Shown here: piece after piece, positions 1 through 10,108 of the stretch
Layout: each line of letters begins with the position of its first letter
How positions within the stretch are numbered: position 1 is the stretch's first letter
Source: Candidatus Omnitrophota bacterium
GTDB taxonomy: Bacteria > Omnitrophota > Gorgyraeia > B26-G9
Assembly (NCBI GenBank): GCA_018817165.1
Contig: JAHITY010000124.1
Span: 97,973 to 161,972 of the forward strand
Reading direction: 5' to 3'
Length of the DNA: 64,000 bases
The notes under the pieces: generated by a model
Told to the model about the DNA's origin: nothing
What the model saw: the letters and a program-made list of their open reading frames with translations, nothing else
Databases searched by the model: none
Program-made: the position numbers and the translations under genes

Positions 1-2
1 TT

Positions 3-1418
3 GGTTTTAAAAATAAAACTACGGTTTATAAAACTTTTTTATCCAAAGATACTCTGCTGTCTGACTCCTGGATGGGCATATATTTTAATAGCTCACCGGT
101 GGGTTTTGTTCATAGCGCGATCGAGCCTTTTATGATTAAAAAAGGTAAAAGCGGCTATCGAATAACCAACCGAACCTTTATGAATTTTTTCATAATGCAA
201 AAACGCAATAAAGTCTGGTTTAATGCCCAGGCAATTGTCGACAATAATTATCAATTAGAAAACTTTAATTTTGAACTTAATTCCGGAATGCATACAGTCA
301 ATGTTTCTGGAGAAATGCTGGACAAGCAAACTCTGCAAGTGAAAATTGATTCTCAGGGAAATATTAGTGAGAAAAAAATTATTTTACCCAATAAACAGGG
401 TGTTTTAATTGCCAGCATTATCAGTCCGTTTACTTCATTCGGCTCACTTGAAGTGGGTAATAATTATAATCTCATGGTTTTTAATCCATTTAGTTTGAGT
501 CTTGAACCCTTGGAAGTCAGTGTGCTAAAGCAGGAAATTATCGCGCATGAAAATCAGGATATCGAGGTTTTTGTGGTAAAAAGTAAATATCGCGGCATTG
601 AACAGACTGCCTGGGTTAATAAAAATGGTGAGATTCTTAAGCAGGAAACAGGATTAGGCTGGGTATTGATCAAGGAAAGTCCTGAATCCGCTACTCGCGC
701 TTATGATGCGATTACAAAATCCGATATTGAGCTGACCCAGATGATCTCAATTGCCGCTAATATTGCTTTGCCCAATAAACTTTTAGAAGTACTGAATATT
801 AAGATAAAAAATTTACCTGATGATTTTGATATTAAAAGTCAACGCCAGAAAATTATCAATGATCAGGATAATATTAAGACCATCCAAATCCGCCAAGAAA
901 AGTTTAAGCCAGATAAGTGTTTAAACTTGCCGATCGCTGAATTTGCTGATTTAAAGCAAGCTTCAGTCTTTATTCAGGCTGATGCTCCTGAGATTAAAAC
1001 TTTGGCTGAAAAAATAATCAATAAAGAAACAAATAGTTATTGGGCAGCTGTAAAAATAAATGAATGGATGTTTAAAAATATTGCTAAAGTTCCGGTGGTC
1101 AGCATTCCCTCCGCAGTGGATGTCTTAAAAACTCGAGAAGGTGATTGTAATGAACACAGTGTTTTATTTGCTGCTTTGGCCAGGGCGGTGGGCATTCCTA
1201 CTAAAATTAATGTGGGACTGGTCTCGAGTAATGGCCGGTTTTATTATCATGCCTGGGTGAGTGTTTATACCGGTGTTTGGCTGGATATGGATCCGACTTT
1301 TGGTCAAAATATTGCCGATGCCGGACATATAAAATTGCTGGAAGGCGATATCAGCCGGCAATTGGATATAATTCAAGTTTTGGGAAAAATTGAGCTGGAG
1401 GTGATTAATTTTCAATGA
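3..1418 (+). CDS. Transglutaminase-like domain protein (5' truncated by window edge)
   Basis: GDCNEHS...HAW...DPT Cys-His-Asp triad motifs; frame stays open upstream of ATG72 to the window start. Confidence 0.85.
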   Translation, partial: GFKNKTTVYKTFLSKDTLLSDSWMGIYFNSSPVGFVHSAIEPFMIKKGKSGYRITNRTFMNFFIMQKRNKVWFNAQAIVDNNYQLENFNFELNSGMHTVNVSGEMLDKQTLQVKIDSQGNISEKKIILPNKQGVLIASIISPFTSFGSLEVGNNYNLMVFNPFSLSLEPLEVSVLKQEIIAHENQDIEVFVVKSKYRGIEQTAWVNKNGEILKQETGLGWVLIKESPESATRAYDAITKSDIELTQMISIAANIALPNKLLEVLNIKIKNLPDDFDIKSQRQKIINDQDNIKTIQIRQEKFKPDKCLNLPIAEFADLKQASVFIQADAPEIKTLAEKIINKETNSYWAAVKINEWMFKNIAKVPVVSIPSAVDVLKTREGDCNEHSVLFAALARAVGIPTKINVGLVSSNGRFYYHAWVSVYTGVWLDMDPTFGQNIADAGHIKLLEGDISRQLDIIQVLGKIELEVINFQ

Positions 1419-2158
1419 TTAAGATCGAGAATTTAAGTAAACAATTTGGTAAACTCATGGCTGTGGATAATTTAAATCTAGAAATACCTCAAGGAGAGTT
1501 TTTTGCTTTTCTTGGGCCAAATGCCGCGGGTAAAACAACTACAATTAAATTATTGATCGGGCTATTAAAGCCGACAACAGGTACGGCTTATATCTGCGGC
1601 CACAATATTCAGACGGATTACATTAAAGCCAAAGCTTTGATCAGTTATATTCCGGATTTCCCTTTTCTTTATGATAAGCTTACGGGAGTGGAATTTCTTG
1701 ATTTTGTAATGAAATTGTATCCGCAATCAAATCGAAAAAAACAACTCAAGCTAATGGATGAATTATTAGCGGCTTTTGGTCTAGCTGATGCCAAAAATAA
1801 TTTGATTGAGTACTATTCTCATGGGATGCGTCAGAAACTCGTATTTGCCAGCGCATTGTTGCATGAGCCTCAGGTTATGGTAATTGACGAACCTATGGTC
1901 GGGCTTGACCCGCATTCAAGCCGAGTGGTCAAGGATATTTTAAAGCAAAAAGCGCGACAAGGCGTGACTATTTTTTTGTCGACCCATACTTTAAGTGTAG
2001 CTGAAGAACTGGCAGACCGGATCGGAATAATTGATAAAGGGAAATTGCTGGCTTTGGGTAGTCTGGATCAGCTCAGTCGTTCATCGGGAGTAACCGGAAA
2101 GCTTGAAGATGTTTTTTTAAGGATAACCCAAGAAGAGCCGATTAATGGAAATACTTAA
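1415..2158 (+). CDS. ABC transporter ATP-binding protein
   Basis: Walker A GPNAAGKTT, signature YSHGMRQK, Walker B VIDEP; ATGA overlap with upstream gene. Confidence 0.95.
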   Translation: MIKIENLSKQFGKLMAVDNLNLEIPQGEFFAFLGPNAAGKTTTIKLLIGLLKPTTGTAYICGHNIQTDYIKAKALISYIPDFPFLYDKLTGVEFLDFVMKLYPQSNRKKQLKLMDELLAAFGLADAKNNLIEYYSHGMRQKLVFASALLHEPQVMVIDEPMVGLDPHSSRVVKDILKQKARQGVTIFLSTHTLSVAEELADRIGIIDKGKLLALGSLDQLSRSSGVTGKLEDVFLRITQEEPINGNT

Positions 2159-3824
2159 AAATATCTATACAGCGAGAATTCAGGTTTTAAATAATAAAAT
2201 CCGCGGGATCAGTCAACATTCAAAACTAAAAATATTTGTCGTGGGATTTATGGCAATTGGTTTATTTTGGTTAATGTTTTTTGTTCCTTTCAGAGCTTTT
2301 TTATTTCTTGAGTCATTGGGCAGTCTGGGCTTGGTGATTATTGATCGGCTTTTATTTTTACTGTTTATGGGTTTGTTTGTAATGCTGATTTTCTCAAATT
2401 GTATTATCAGTTATTCTAGTGCTTATAAAGCGCGGGAAACTGTTTATTTTTTTACCCTGCCTCTGGAATATACGGAAATTTATTTTGTCAAATTAATTGA
2501 TTCGATTATTCTCAGTTCCTGGACATTCTTGTGTTTTCTTTTGCCGATTTTAGGAGCTTATGCCGCAGTCAGGGATTTGGGATTAATTTTTTATCTGAGT
2601 TTGCTGATATTTTTCATTCCGTTCGCGGTTATTGCCGGTGCTTGGGGATGTTTGCTTACTATGTTGGCGATTAAGTTTATTCCTAAACAAGCAGTAAAAT
2701 ATTTTATCTGGATACTGGTCTTGCTGTTTATTGCCGGCTGTGTGGGACTTATCTTGACTGGTAAAGCAGCCGCGGACAAGGAAAATGAAGTCATGTTTTT
2801 GCTGACCAATTTTATTCCTCATTTTGGTTTTACGCAATGCGCTTTTTTGCCTAATTTCTGGATCAGCACTGGTTTATTGAACATAATCTCAGCTGACTAT
2901 AAGCAGAGTCTATTCTGGTGGTTACTATTGATCAGTAATGGTTTGTTTTTTAGCTATATTGCTGTGCTTGTTTCAAAATTAATTTACTATGATAGTTGGG
3001 CGAATACTCGGTTTCAGGGGATACGTAAAACATATACGATCAGTAACAGTAAACTGGAAAAAATATTTGGCGGACTTAAATTTGTTTGTTTGCCGATCAG
3101 GGCGATGATTATAAAAGATATCCGGGTCTTTATCCGTGATCCTTTGCAGTGGTCGCAGTTTACGATATTTTTTGGTTTGCTTGCTATCTATTTCATCAAT
3201 ATCCGCAATCTGGGCTATCAGAATCTTTTGCCTTTTTGGAAAAATATTATCAGCTTTCTTAATCTGGCATCAACTAATTTAACTTTGGCTTCTTTGTCAG
3301 TGCGATTTGTTTTTCCTCAGCTTAGCTTGGAAGGTAAGCGGTTTTGGATTCTGGGCTTGGCTCCGGTAGCTAAGAAAACGCTTTTACTGGAAAAATTTTG
3401 GCTGAATAGCTTGATTGCTTTGTGCATAAGTTTGCCTTTAATATCGATTTCCAATTATATGCTTAATGTTTCAAGCCTCGTAAGCATATTATCGGGAATT
3501 ATGGTTTTGCTTATGTCGTTTTCCTTGATCAGTATCTGTATTGGATTAGGCGCCTTGTTTCCTGATTTTAAAGAAGATAATCCCGCCGCGATTGTTTCTG
3601 GTTTTGGCGGAACATTGGCTTTAGTTTTAACTTTAATCTATATTGCGGTTAATGTTAGTGCCTTAGCAATTCCATTTCATTTACTTGTTACCCAGCAGAT
3701 CAGTCAGGCTTATTTTGATAAATTAATCATTGCGGCAGTATTGTTTATCGTGATCTTAGGATTAAGCACAATCTTCGGATTTTTATCAGCTGGCGGTAAA
3801 GCGCTTGAGCGGCTGGAGATCTAA
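2145..3824 (+). CDS. Putative ABC exporter permease
   Basis: Many hydrophobic TM segments, KDxRxFxRD motif, coupled to the ATPase. Confidence 0.85.
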   Translation: MEILKNIYTARIQVLNNKIRGISQHSKLKIFVVGFMAIGLFWLMFFVPFRAFLFLESLGSLGLVIIDRLLFLLFMGLFVMLIFSNCIISYSSAYKARETVYFFTLPLEYTEIYFVKLIDSIILSSWTFLCFLLPILGAYAAVRDLGLIFYLSLLIFFIPFAVIAGAWGCLLTMLAIKFIPKQAVKYFIWILVLLFIAGCVGLILTGKAAADKENEVMFLLTNFIPHFGFTQCAFLPNFWISTGLLNIISADYKQSLFWWLLLISNGLFFSYIAVLVSKLIYYDSWANTRFQGIRKTYTISNSKLEKIFGGLKFVCLPIRAMIIKDIRVFIRDPLQWSQFTIFFGLLAIYFINIRNLGYQNLLPFWKNIISFLNLASTNLTLASLSVRFVFPQLSLEGKRFWILGLAPVAKKTLLLEKFWLNSLIALCISLPLISISNYMLNVSSLVSILSGIMVLLMSFSLISICIGLGALFPDFKEDNPAAIVSGFGGTLALVLTLIYIAVNVSALAIPFHLLVTQQISQAYFDKLIIAAVLFIVILGLSTIFGFLSAGGKALERLEI

Positions 3825-3857
3825 AAAGGACAAGGGGCAAGTTTGTAAAGTCGCAAT

Positions 3858-3950
3858 GTAGGGGCCGTGCTTGTCTCGGCCCGTAATAATATAAATTATT
3901 AAAATCGGTTAAATAATTGATAATCGGGCGCCGGCAAGCAGCGCCCCTAC
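3858..3950. repeat. Inverted pair of GTAG-family REPs (REPIN-like)
   Basis: GTAGGGGCCGTGCTTGTCTCGGCCC (3858-3882,+) and GTAGGGGCGCTGCTTGCCGGCGCCC (3926-3950,-) around an AT-rich spacer. Confidence 0.85.
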
Positions 3951-4132
3951 GATTAGCTTTTTCTGGTCTCTGTTTTTGACCATCAGCCATCAGCTATCAG
4001 CAAAGCAGGCTTTTCATGCTTTCTGTTTGATTTATCCTGCAGATATGATAAAATAAATGATTAGTTTGAACGGTAGTATATGATGTTTAAATAATTAGGG
4101 GTTTTTAGATCATATATTTTTAAGGGGGTTTG

Positions 4133-4495
4133 ATGACTGATTATAATGAAAAAAGAAGATATCTGCGCATGGGAGCTTTTTTAGACGGTACTTTTCAAAC
4201 TGAAGATGCTAAAAACGGTTTAGTAATGTTGATGAACTTTAATCGAGAAGGTTTGAAAGCTGCGCTGAATCGAAATATTCCTGTAGGGCAGTTGTTAAAA
4301 TTAGAAATTTGGATCCCTGGTTCAATAATTCCGATATTCGCTAAAGGTGAGGTTGTTTGGATCAGAAAAAGTGCGCAGGACTGGACTTATAATTATGATG
4401 CTGGATTAAGAATTAATGAAATTGGCCAGGATGACAGGCAAAGAATTTTAGATTATGCCTATGAGAATTGGCGCCATTCAAGGGGAAAAGTATGA
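4133..4495 (+). CDS. PilZ domain protein
   Basis: EKRRYLR (RxxxR) and NFNREG (D/NxSxxG-like) motifs, GEVVW. Confidence 0.85.
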   Translation: MTDYNEKRRYLRMGAFLDGTFQTEDAKNGLVMLMNFNREGLKAALNRNIPVGQLLKLEIWIPGSIIPIFAKGEVVWIRKSAQDWTYNYDAGLRINEIGQDDRQRILDYAYENWRHSRGKV

Positions 4496-5913
4496 GAGAA
4501 TATTGGAACAGCACTAAGGTAATCTGTACAATCGGTCCGGCTTGCAACAGCCGAAAGGTAATCAAGGAATTAATTCTCGCGGGAATGGATATTGCCAGGT
4601 TTAATTTTTCGCATGGCAAGCCAGCGGATCATGTTAAATATATTAAACTGGTAAAAGCAGTTGCTCAGGAACTTAAATCTCCGGTAGCGATCTTACAGGA
4701 TCTTCCCGGTCCAAAAATCAGGCTGGGAGAGTTAAGTGCCGAATCAATTTATTTGAATCAGGGGCAAATATTTACGCTAACCAGTAAAAAAGTTATTGGG
4801 ACTAATTTGGAAGTATGTGTTAATCATAGTGCTTTTATCAAGGAACTGAAAAAAAATAATATTGTTTATCTTAATGACGGCTTAGTAAAACTGCAGGTGA
4901 TTTCCAAAACTCCCGAAAAAGCAGTTTGTTCGGTTTTGCTTGGCGGCCGGATATATCCGCGTAAAGGAGTCAGCTGTCCAAGTCAGTTTTTTAAAATGAG
5001 CTCAGTTACTCCTTATGACTTAAAATGTTTGAAATACGGCATTGAAGCTGGAGTTGATTTTGTCGCGGTGTCTTTTGTCCAGCAGGCAAAAGATATTATA
5101 AAAGCAAAAAATTATCTAAATAAAAGAAAAAAACAAATTTCGGTTGTGGCAAAAATAGAGCGCAAAGTCGCTTTTCAGGACATTGATAATATTATTAATG
5201 TCAGTGACGTGATTATGGTAGCGCGGGGAGATCTGGGAATTGAGGCTGATTTGGAAGATGTGCCTTTTCTTCAAAAAGAAATTATTAGAAAATGCAATGC
5301 TGTGGGTAAACCGGTTATTACCGCAACCCAGATGCTCGAATCAATGGTCGTCAGTCCTCAGCCAACCCGGGCGGAAGTTACTGATGTGGCCAATGCGATT
5401 CTTGACGGGACTGATGCATTGATGCTTTCAGAAGAAACCGCGGTGGGTAAATATCCGGTGCAGACGCTTAAGATGATGCTGAAAATTGCCAACCGGGCAG
5501 AGGAAAAACTTTGTCTAAAACAAAAAGAATTAAGTTTAGCGGAACCAGACGCGGAAAATTTAGTCAGTGCTTTTAGCCGGGCAGCAGTGAATATTTCCAA
5601 CAAGATAAAAGCCAAAGCGATTATTGCCCCTACGCATAGCGCTCAAGCAATATCCTGGCTGAGCCGCTGCCGGCCGCAAGCTAAGATTGTCGGCGTGACC
5701 ACTGATCCGAAGGTGCTCAAACAAATGATTATGTATTGGGGAGTATATCCTTTATTAATGCCTAGGTTTGCTAAACTGGGGCAAACGCTGGATGATTGTA
5801 TTAAACTAGCGAAAAAAAACAGATTAGTGAATATCAAGGATAATGTGCTGGTAATGCTTACCGAAGATAATAAGGTTTTTTGTTCAAATATAATGGAAGT
5901 CCGCAGGATTTAG
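4492..5913 (+). CDS. pyk: Pyruvate kinase
   Basis: TKVICTIGPA, RFNFSHG, AKIE, MVARGDLG, TATQMLESM; ATG4492 overlaps the PilZ stop (ATGA). Confidence 0.97.
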   Translation: MREYWNSTKVICTIGPACNSRKVIKELILAGMDIARFNFSHGKPADHVKYIKLVKAVAQELKSPVAILQDLPGPKIRLGELSAESIYLNQGQIFTLTSKKVIGTNLEVCVNHSAFIKELKKNNIVYLNDGLVKLQVISKTPEKAVCSVLLGGRIYPRKGVSCPSQFFKMSSVTPYDLKCLKYGIEAGVDFVAVSFVQQAKDIIKAKNYLNKRKKQISVVAKIERKVAFQDIDNIINVSDVIMVARGDLGIEADLEDVPFLQKEIIRKCNAVGKPVITATQMLESMVVSPQPTRAEVTDVANAILDGTDALMLSEETAVGKYPVQTLKMMLKIANRAEEKLCLKQKELSLAEPDAENLVSAFSRAAVNISNKIKAKAIIAPTHSAQAISWLSRCRPQAKIVGVTTDPKVLKQMIMYWGVYPLLMPRFAKLGQTLDDCIKLAKKNRLVNIKDNVLVMLTEDNKVFCSNIMEVRRI

Positions 5914-5940
5914 CAACCAAGAAAAAGAGAGAATATTGAA

Positions 5941-7200
5941 ATGAAATTGAATAGATATCTGATAGGGTTTTTTACAACTTGTTTAACTTTGTGTAATGTT
6001 TTAACTGCTTTTGCGGAAAATCAAATACCGGTGATAGTATCAGTATCTCCACAGTATGGGCAAACTGATGTTAGTACTGATTCCGCGATCAAGATAGCCT
6101 TTAATACTCGAATGGATAAAAAAGCTGTGAGCAAAAGCTTTAATATATATCCGGAAATAAGAGGTAAAACTATTTGGGATAATAATACTTTGGTTTTTAC
6201 GCCAAATAATCCCTTGCTGGCTTCAACTTCATATTTTGTTACTTTTACCCCAGATGTAAAATCAAAGGACGGAGTTCCTTTGGCAATAACTTATTTTTCC
6301 ACACCAGCGCAAGGAGTATGTGTTGGTCCAAAGGGGAATATTAATGTTATTAGCATAAATGGAGATGTAAAAGAACTAGATGCGAAGGGAGCGCATCCGG
6401 TTTGGGCACAGGATAATACCCTGATTATTTATGATTATCAAGGGCAGCTTTGGAAAATAGATACAAATGGGCAAACTAATGAAAACCTAGTGGAAAAAGA
6501 TCCGATTTATAATGCTTCTTTCGCGGAATCAAATCCTTTGCTTGACCTGGTTGCTTTCATCGGGACTAATGATGCTGAATGTTCGAATATTTATATTGTT
6601 GATTTAAAAACCAAGATAGTCCGTCAACTAACAGCTTTTTTTGAGCCTAATAAAATCGAATACCTGAATTGGTCGGCAGATGGTTTATACCTAGCTTTTC
6701 TAAGAGCTGGACAGATTTGGATAATGAATCAGGATGGTAAAGATCTGCGTAAGCTTACTACTGATGGACTGGCATGCAAAGGAAATTTTGCCTGGTCACC
6801 CGGGGGCACAAAGATTGCTTTTTCCGGTGAAAAAAATATTTGGGTGGGGGATATCTATTCTTTAGAAATTAAGAGATTGTCTTTTGATAATCCAAAAACC
6901 GGAATTCTTGCCTGGTCGGTTAATAATAAAATCGCTTTTGAAACAGAGGGAATTACGGTTATGAATGCTGATGGCAGTGATGAAATTCAGATTCCAACTG
7001 CTGCCAGAAGACCGGAATGGATCAATGAAGGCAAAACATTCAGTTTAGTTTTACCTTTGCACAATAAGGAAAACACAGCGCAGCTGTGGATAATGAGCGC
7101 GGATGGAAAAACTAAACAGAAAATAGCGGATATTGCTGATGAATTTACTAATATTTCCTGGTCTAAAAATATTGGTTTTTGGAATTTATTTTCGCCGTAA
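5941..7200 (+). CDS. Secreted Ig-like (Big_5) + TolB-like beta-propeller protein
   Basis: Signal peptide, VSVSPxxGxxDVxxDxxIxIxFN Ig-like motif, repeated WSxDG/WSPGG blades. Confidence 0.75.
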   Translation: MKLNRYLIGFFTTCLTLCNVLTAFAENQIPVIVSVSPQYGQTDVSTDSAIKIAFNTRMDKKAVSKSFNIYPEIRGKTIWDNNTLVFTPNNPLLASTSYFVTFTPDVKSKDGVPLAITYFSTPAQGVCVGPKGNINVISINGDVKELDAKGAHPVWAQDNTLIIYDYQGQLWKIDTNGQTNENLVEKDPIYNASFAESNPLLDLVAFIGTNDAECSNIYIVDLKTKIVRQLTAFFEPNKIEYLNWSADGLYLAFLRAGQIWIMNQDGKDLRKLTTDGLACKGNFAWSPGGTKIAFSGEKNIWVGDIYSLEIKRLSFDNPKTGILAWSVNNKIAFETEGITVMNADGSDEIQIPTAARRPEWINEGKTFSLVLPLHNKENTAQLWIMSADGKTKQKIADIADEFTNISWSKNIGFWNLFSP

Positions 7201-8604
7201 ATGAGCAGCGGGAATTTTCAAGGCATTGCGGTATTTGGTTACGGTTCTCCGAGAAATCGGCATTCCTTTTTCGATGAGTAAACCGACAATATCCTGATCA
7301 CTTAAAGGCTTATTTTCCGGTTCTGTTTTTACTAATTCGTCAATCGTTGCTTTAATGTTTTGATTAGACATTGAGCCCTGTTCAGTGCTGATTGCTTGAG
7401 AAAAGAATTTTTTTAAAGCAAAAGTTCCATAGGGAGTTTGCATATATTTATTCGCCACGGTCCTGCTGATTGTTGATGGATGGACTTCCAGTTTTTCCGC
7501 GATTTCTTTTAATGTCAATGGCTTTAGATTAGAAATTCCTTTTTCAATAAAATCCTGCTGATATTCAATAATACATTTTGATACACGTTCAAGCGTTTGC
7601 TCTCTTTGGCTTAAACCATTGATTAAATTTTGCGCGTTCTGCAGCTTTTCCCGGATAAACTCCAATGCCGCTTTTTCGCATTTTTTTTCTTTGAGCATTT
7701 TTTTGTAAAGCTGACTGATGGAAAGCTTGGGTAAATTTTTAGAATTGATGATCACTTCGTATTTATCTTCCGCTTTTTCTAAGATAACATCAGGGACAAT
7801 GCTCAGGGCTTCAGCGGCAAAGCTGCGGCATGGTTTAGGATCAAGCGCACTAATTCTTTGGGCATATTTTTTAACTTGAGGTAGGGGCAGTTTTAATTCA
7901 CTGCTGATTAGGGTATATTTTTTCGCTGCTAATTCCTTTAAGTAATTTTTTACAATCTCAGCTTCAATTGAATTTTCCCTGCTCTGGCGTTTTAGCTGGA
8001 GGAGCAGACATTCTCTTAAATCTCTGGCGCCAATCCCCGCGGGCTCAAGACCTTGAATGACATCCAGCACTTGATGGACTTTAGCTAAATCAAAATTATT
8101 TGTCCGGGAGATTTCTTCAACACTGGCCACTAAATAACCGTTTTCCGCGATATTGCCGATTATTTGCTCAGCGATTAATAAATCGTCCTCATTTTCTGAC
8201 ATGATCCGAAACTGCTGCATTAATTCATCTTGCATTGATGAATTATTTGTAATCATTGTCTCCTGAAAATTATGTTTTTCAATTGATTGCGAGATCTTTC
8301 CACGATCAAAAAAATCAGAAAACCAGACATTATCATTGTCCAGCCAATCCGGCTCAAGGCTAATATTCTCCTGATCGCGAATTTTAGGCATTTCTTCCGG
8401 AGGACTTTCAATGACTTCTTTATTTGTATCGCTGGGCTCTTGCAGCGAAGTGTCTTCTAATACAGGGTTTACAGCCATTTCTTCAGCGATTAACTGATCT
8501 AGCTCAACAACATTTAACTGCAAAATATGCATAGACTGCTGCATTTTTGCAGACATGATCATTTTTTGGACTTGTTTTTGAAATAGTTTCTGTTGTAATG
8601 CCAT
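7186..8604 (-). CDS. rpoN: RNA polymerase sigma-54 factor
   Basis: Gln-rich region I, HPSTISR HTH, RpoN box SRRTVTKYR. Confidence 0.97.
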   Translation of the reverse strand: MALQQKLFQKQVQKMIMSAKMQQSMHILQLNVVELDQLIAEEMAVNPVLEDTSLQEPSDTNKEVIESPPEEMPKIRDQENISLEPDWLDNDNVWFSDFFDRGKISQSIEKHNFQETMITNNSSMQDELMQQFRIMSENEDDLLIAEQIIGNIAENGYLVASVEEISRTNNFDLAKVHQVLDVIQGLEPAGIGARDLRECLLLQLKRQSRENSIEAEIVKNYLKELAAKKYTLISSELKLPLPQVKKYAQRISALDPKPCRSFAAEALSIVPDVILEKAEDKYEVIINSKNLPKLSISQLYKKMLKEKKCEKAALEFIREKLQNAQNLINGLSQREQTLERVSKCIIEYQQDFIEKGISNLKPLTLKEIAEKLEVHPSTISRTVANKYMQTPYGTFALKKFFSQAISTEQGSMSNQNIKATIDELVKTEPENKPLSDQDIVGLLIEKGMPISRRTVTKYRNALKIPAAHLRRK

Positions 8605-8668
8605 AATTCCTCCTAATTAATTATATATTAACTTATTGTTTTAATCAAGTTACGTTTGTAAACAAAAT

Positions 8669-8697
8669 TTGAACCAGAAATAGAATTATGCTATACT
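8669..8697 (+). promoter_or_regulatory. Sigma70-type promoter for the radical SAM cluster
   Basis: TTGAAC-N17-TATACT with extended TG; ATG only 8 nt downstream of the -10. Confidence 0.6.
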
Positions 8698-8705
8698 AGA
8701 CCAAA

Positions 8706-10088
8706 ATGAAAAAAATATTGCTTTTAAATCCTCCAGGCAGTCGAAAATTTCTTCGGGATCAGTATTGCAGCTCAGCAACAAAGGCGGATTATTATTGGCC
8801 GGCTGTGGATTTGCTGGTTTTGAGTGGAATTTTGTCTGATCATTTTGAATTGGAGGTTTTGGATGCTATTGCTCTAAATGCAGATAAGAAAACAACAATT
8901 GAAAAGATTCTCAGCGGTTCATATGATGCTTTGATAAGCCTTAGTTCTAGCGCAAGCATGGATGAAGATTTTGCGCTTTTTGAAACAATCAAAGCGAAGA
9001 GTAATATAATTATTATTATAAATGCGGGGTTTTCGCGAGATGATCCTAAAAAATATCTTGAAGAGCATGATTTTATTGATGCGATAATTATGGATTATAT
9101 AAAATTAGGGATTGTTGATTATTTGCAGGCTAAGCCAGGACCATATCAAGGCCTTGGCTATAAGTCAAATAAGCAGATTATTGGCCAAGACAGTGATCTT
9201 GAGCAAAACACTAGCTTTTCTTATCCAGTGCCCAGACATGATCTTTTTGCTTTAAAAAATTATTATTTGCCCCAAGCTAGAAAATTACCTTTTAGCTGTT
9301 GCTTGATCTCATATGGCTGTAAATATGGGTGTACTTATTGTTCAAGTGGTTCAATTGGCTTTAAATTAAGAGATATTGATAATATTATGCTTGAGCTAAA
9401 AGCAATCAAAGCTTTAGGCATATCGGAAGTTCATTTTCCGGATTTCACTTTTACAGCGGATATGACCCATGCGAGAAAGCTTTGTCAAGCGATGATTGAT
9501 CAAGGCCTTGAACTTAGCTGGGACTGCCTAACTCGAGTTGATTGTTTTGATATGGCTACGGCATTGCTGCTGAAAAAAGCCGGAGCGCATACAATTCAGT
9601 TTGGAATTGAGACACAGAATGAGCAATTGCTGAAAAAAATGGGAAAGCCCATCAGCAATGAGCAGGTTAAACGCTGTTTTGCCATATGTAAGCAGGTTGG
9701 TTTGGAAACAATCGGCTTTTTTATCATTGGCTTACCGGGAGAAGATGCTAAAAGCATTAAAAAGAGCATTGATTTTGCTTGCGAGCTTGATTGTGATTAC
9801 GCGGCTTTTTCGATTTATGTTCCGGATCATGGTTCTCTGCTGCGCAAACAATTGGAAACGATTGATCCTTTAATTGCCAATATTAAAAACTTTGACCGAA
9901 CAATGTATCCGGTTATTGATAATCTGATTGTAAGTAGAAGAGTGATTTGGCAGTTGCGTAATTATGCGCTGAAAAAGTTTTATTTGCGGCCTAGCTATAT
10001 TTGGCGGCAGATTAAAAAAATAAATAGTCTTGAAAAAATAAAATCAGTTGGTAAAATAAGTTATTCATTAATCAAAGGGATCATATAG
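8706..10088 (+). CDS. B12-binding-domain radical SAM protein
   Basis: ILLLNPP N-terminal Rossmann-like domain, CKYGCTYC, FGIET, FIIGLPGE. Confidence 0.9.
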   Translation: MKKILLLNPPGSRKFLRDQYCSSATKADYYWPAVDLLVLSGILSDHFELEVLDAIALNADKKTTIEKILSGSYDALISLSSSASMDEDFALFETIKAKSNIIIIINAGFSRDDPKKYLEEHDFIDAIIMDYIKLGIVDYLQAKPGPYQGLGYKSNKQIIGQDSDLEQNTSFSYPVPRHDLFALKNYYLPQARKLPFSCCLISYGCKYGCTYCSSGSIGFKLRDIDNIMLELKAIKALGISEVHFPDFTFTADMTHARKLCQAMIDQGLELSWDCLTRVDCFDMATALLLKKAGAHTIQFGIETQNEQLLKKMGKPISNEQVKRCFAICKQVGLETIGFFIIGLPGEDAKSIKKSIDFACELDCDYAAFSIYVPDHGSLLRKQLETIDPLIANIKNFDRTMYPVIDNLIVSRRVIWQLRNYALKKFYLRPSYIWRQIKKINSLEKIKSVGKISYSLIKGII

Positions 10089-10108
10089 CTTTATGGAGTA
10101 TAAATAAT

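Noticed and set aside
3745-3990. 81-aa minus-strand ORF
   Set aside because: Runs through REP and heptamer repeats; likely spurious
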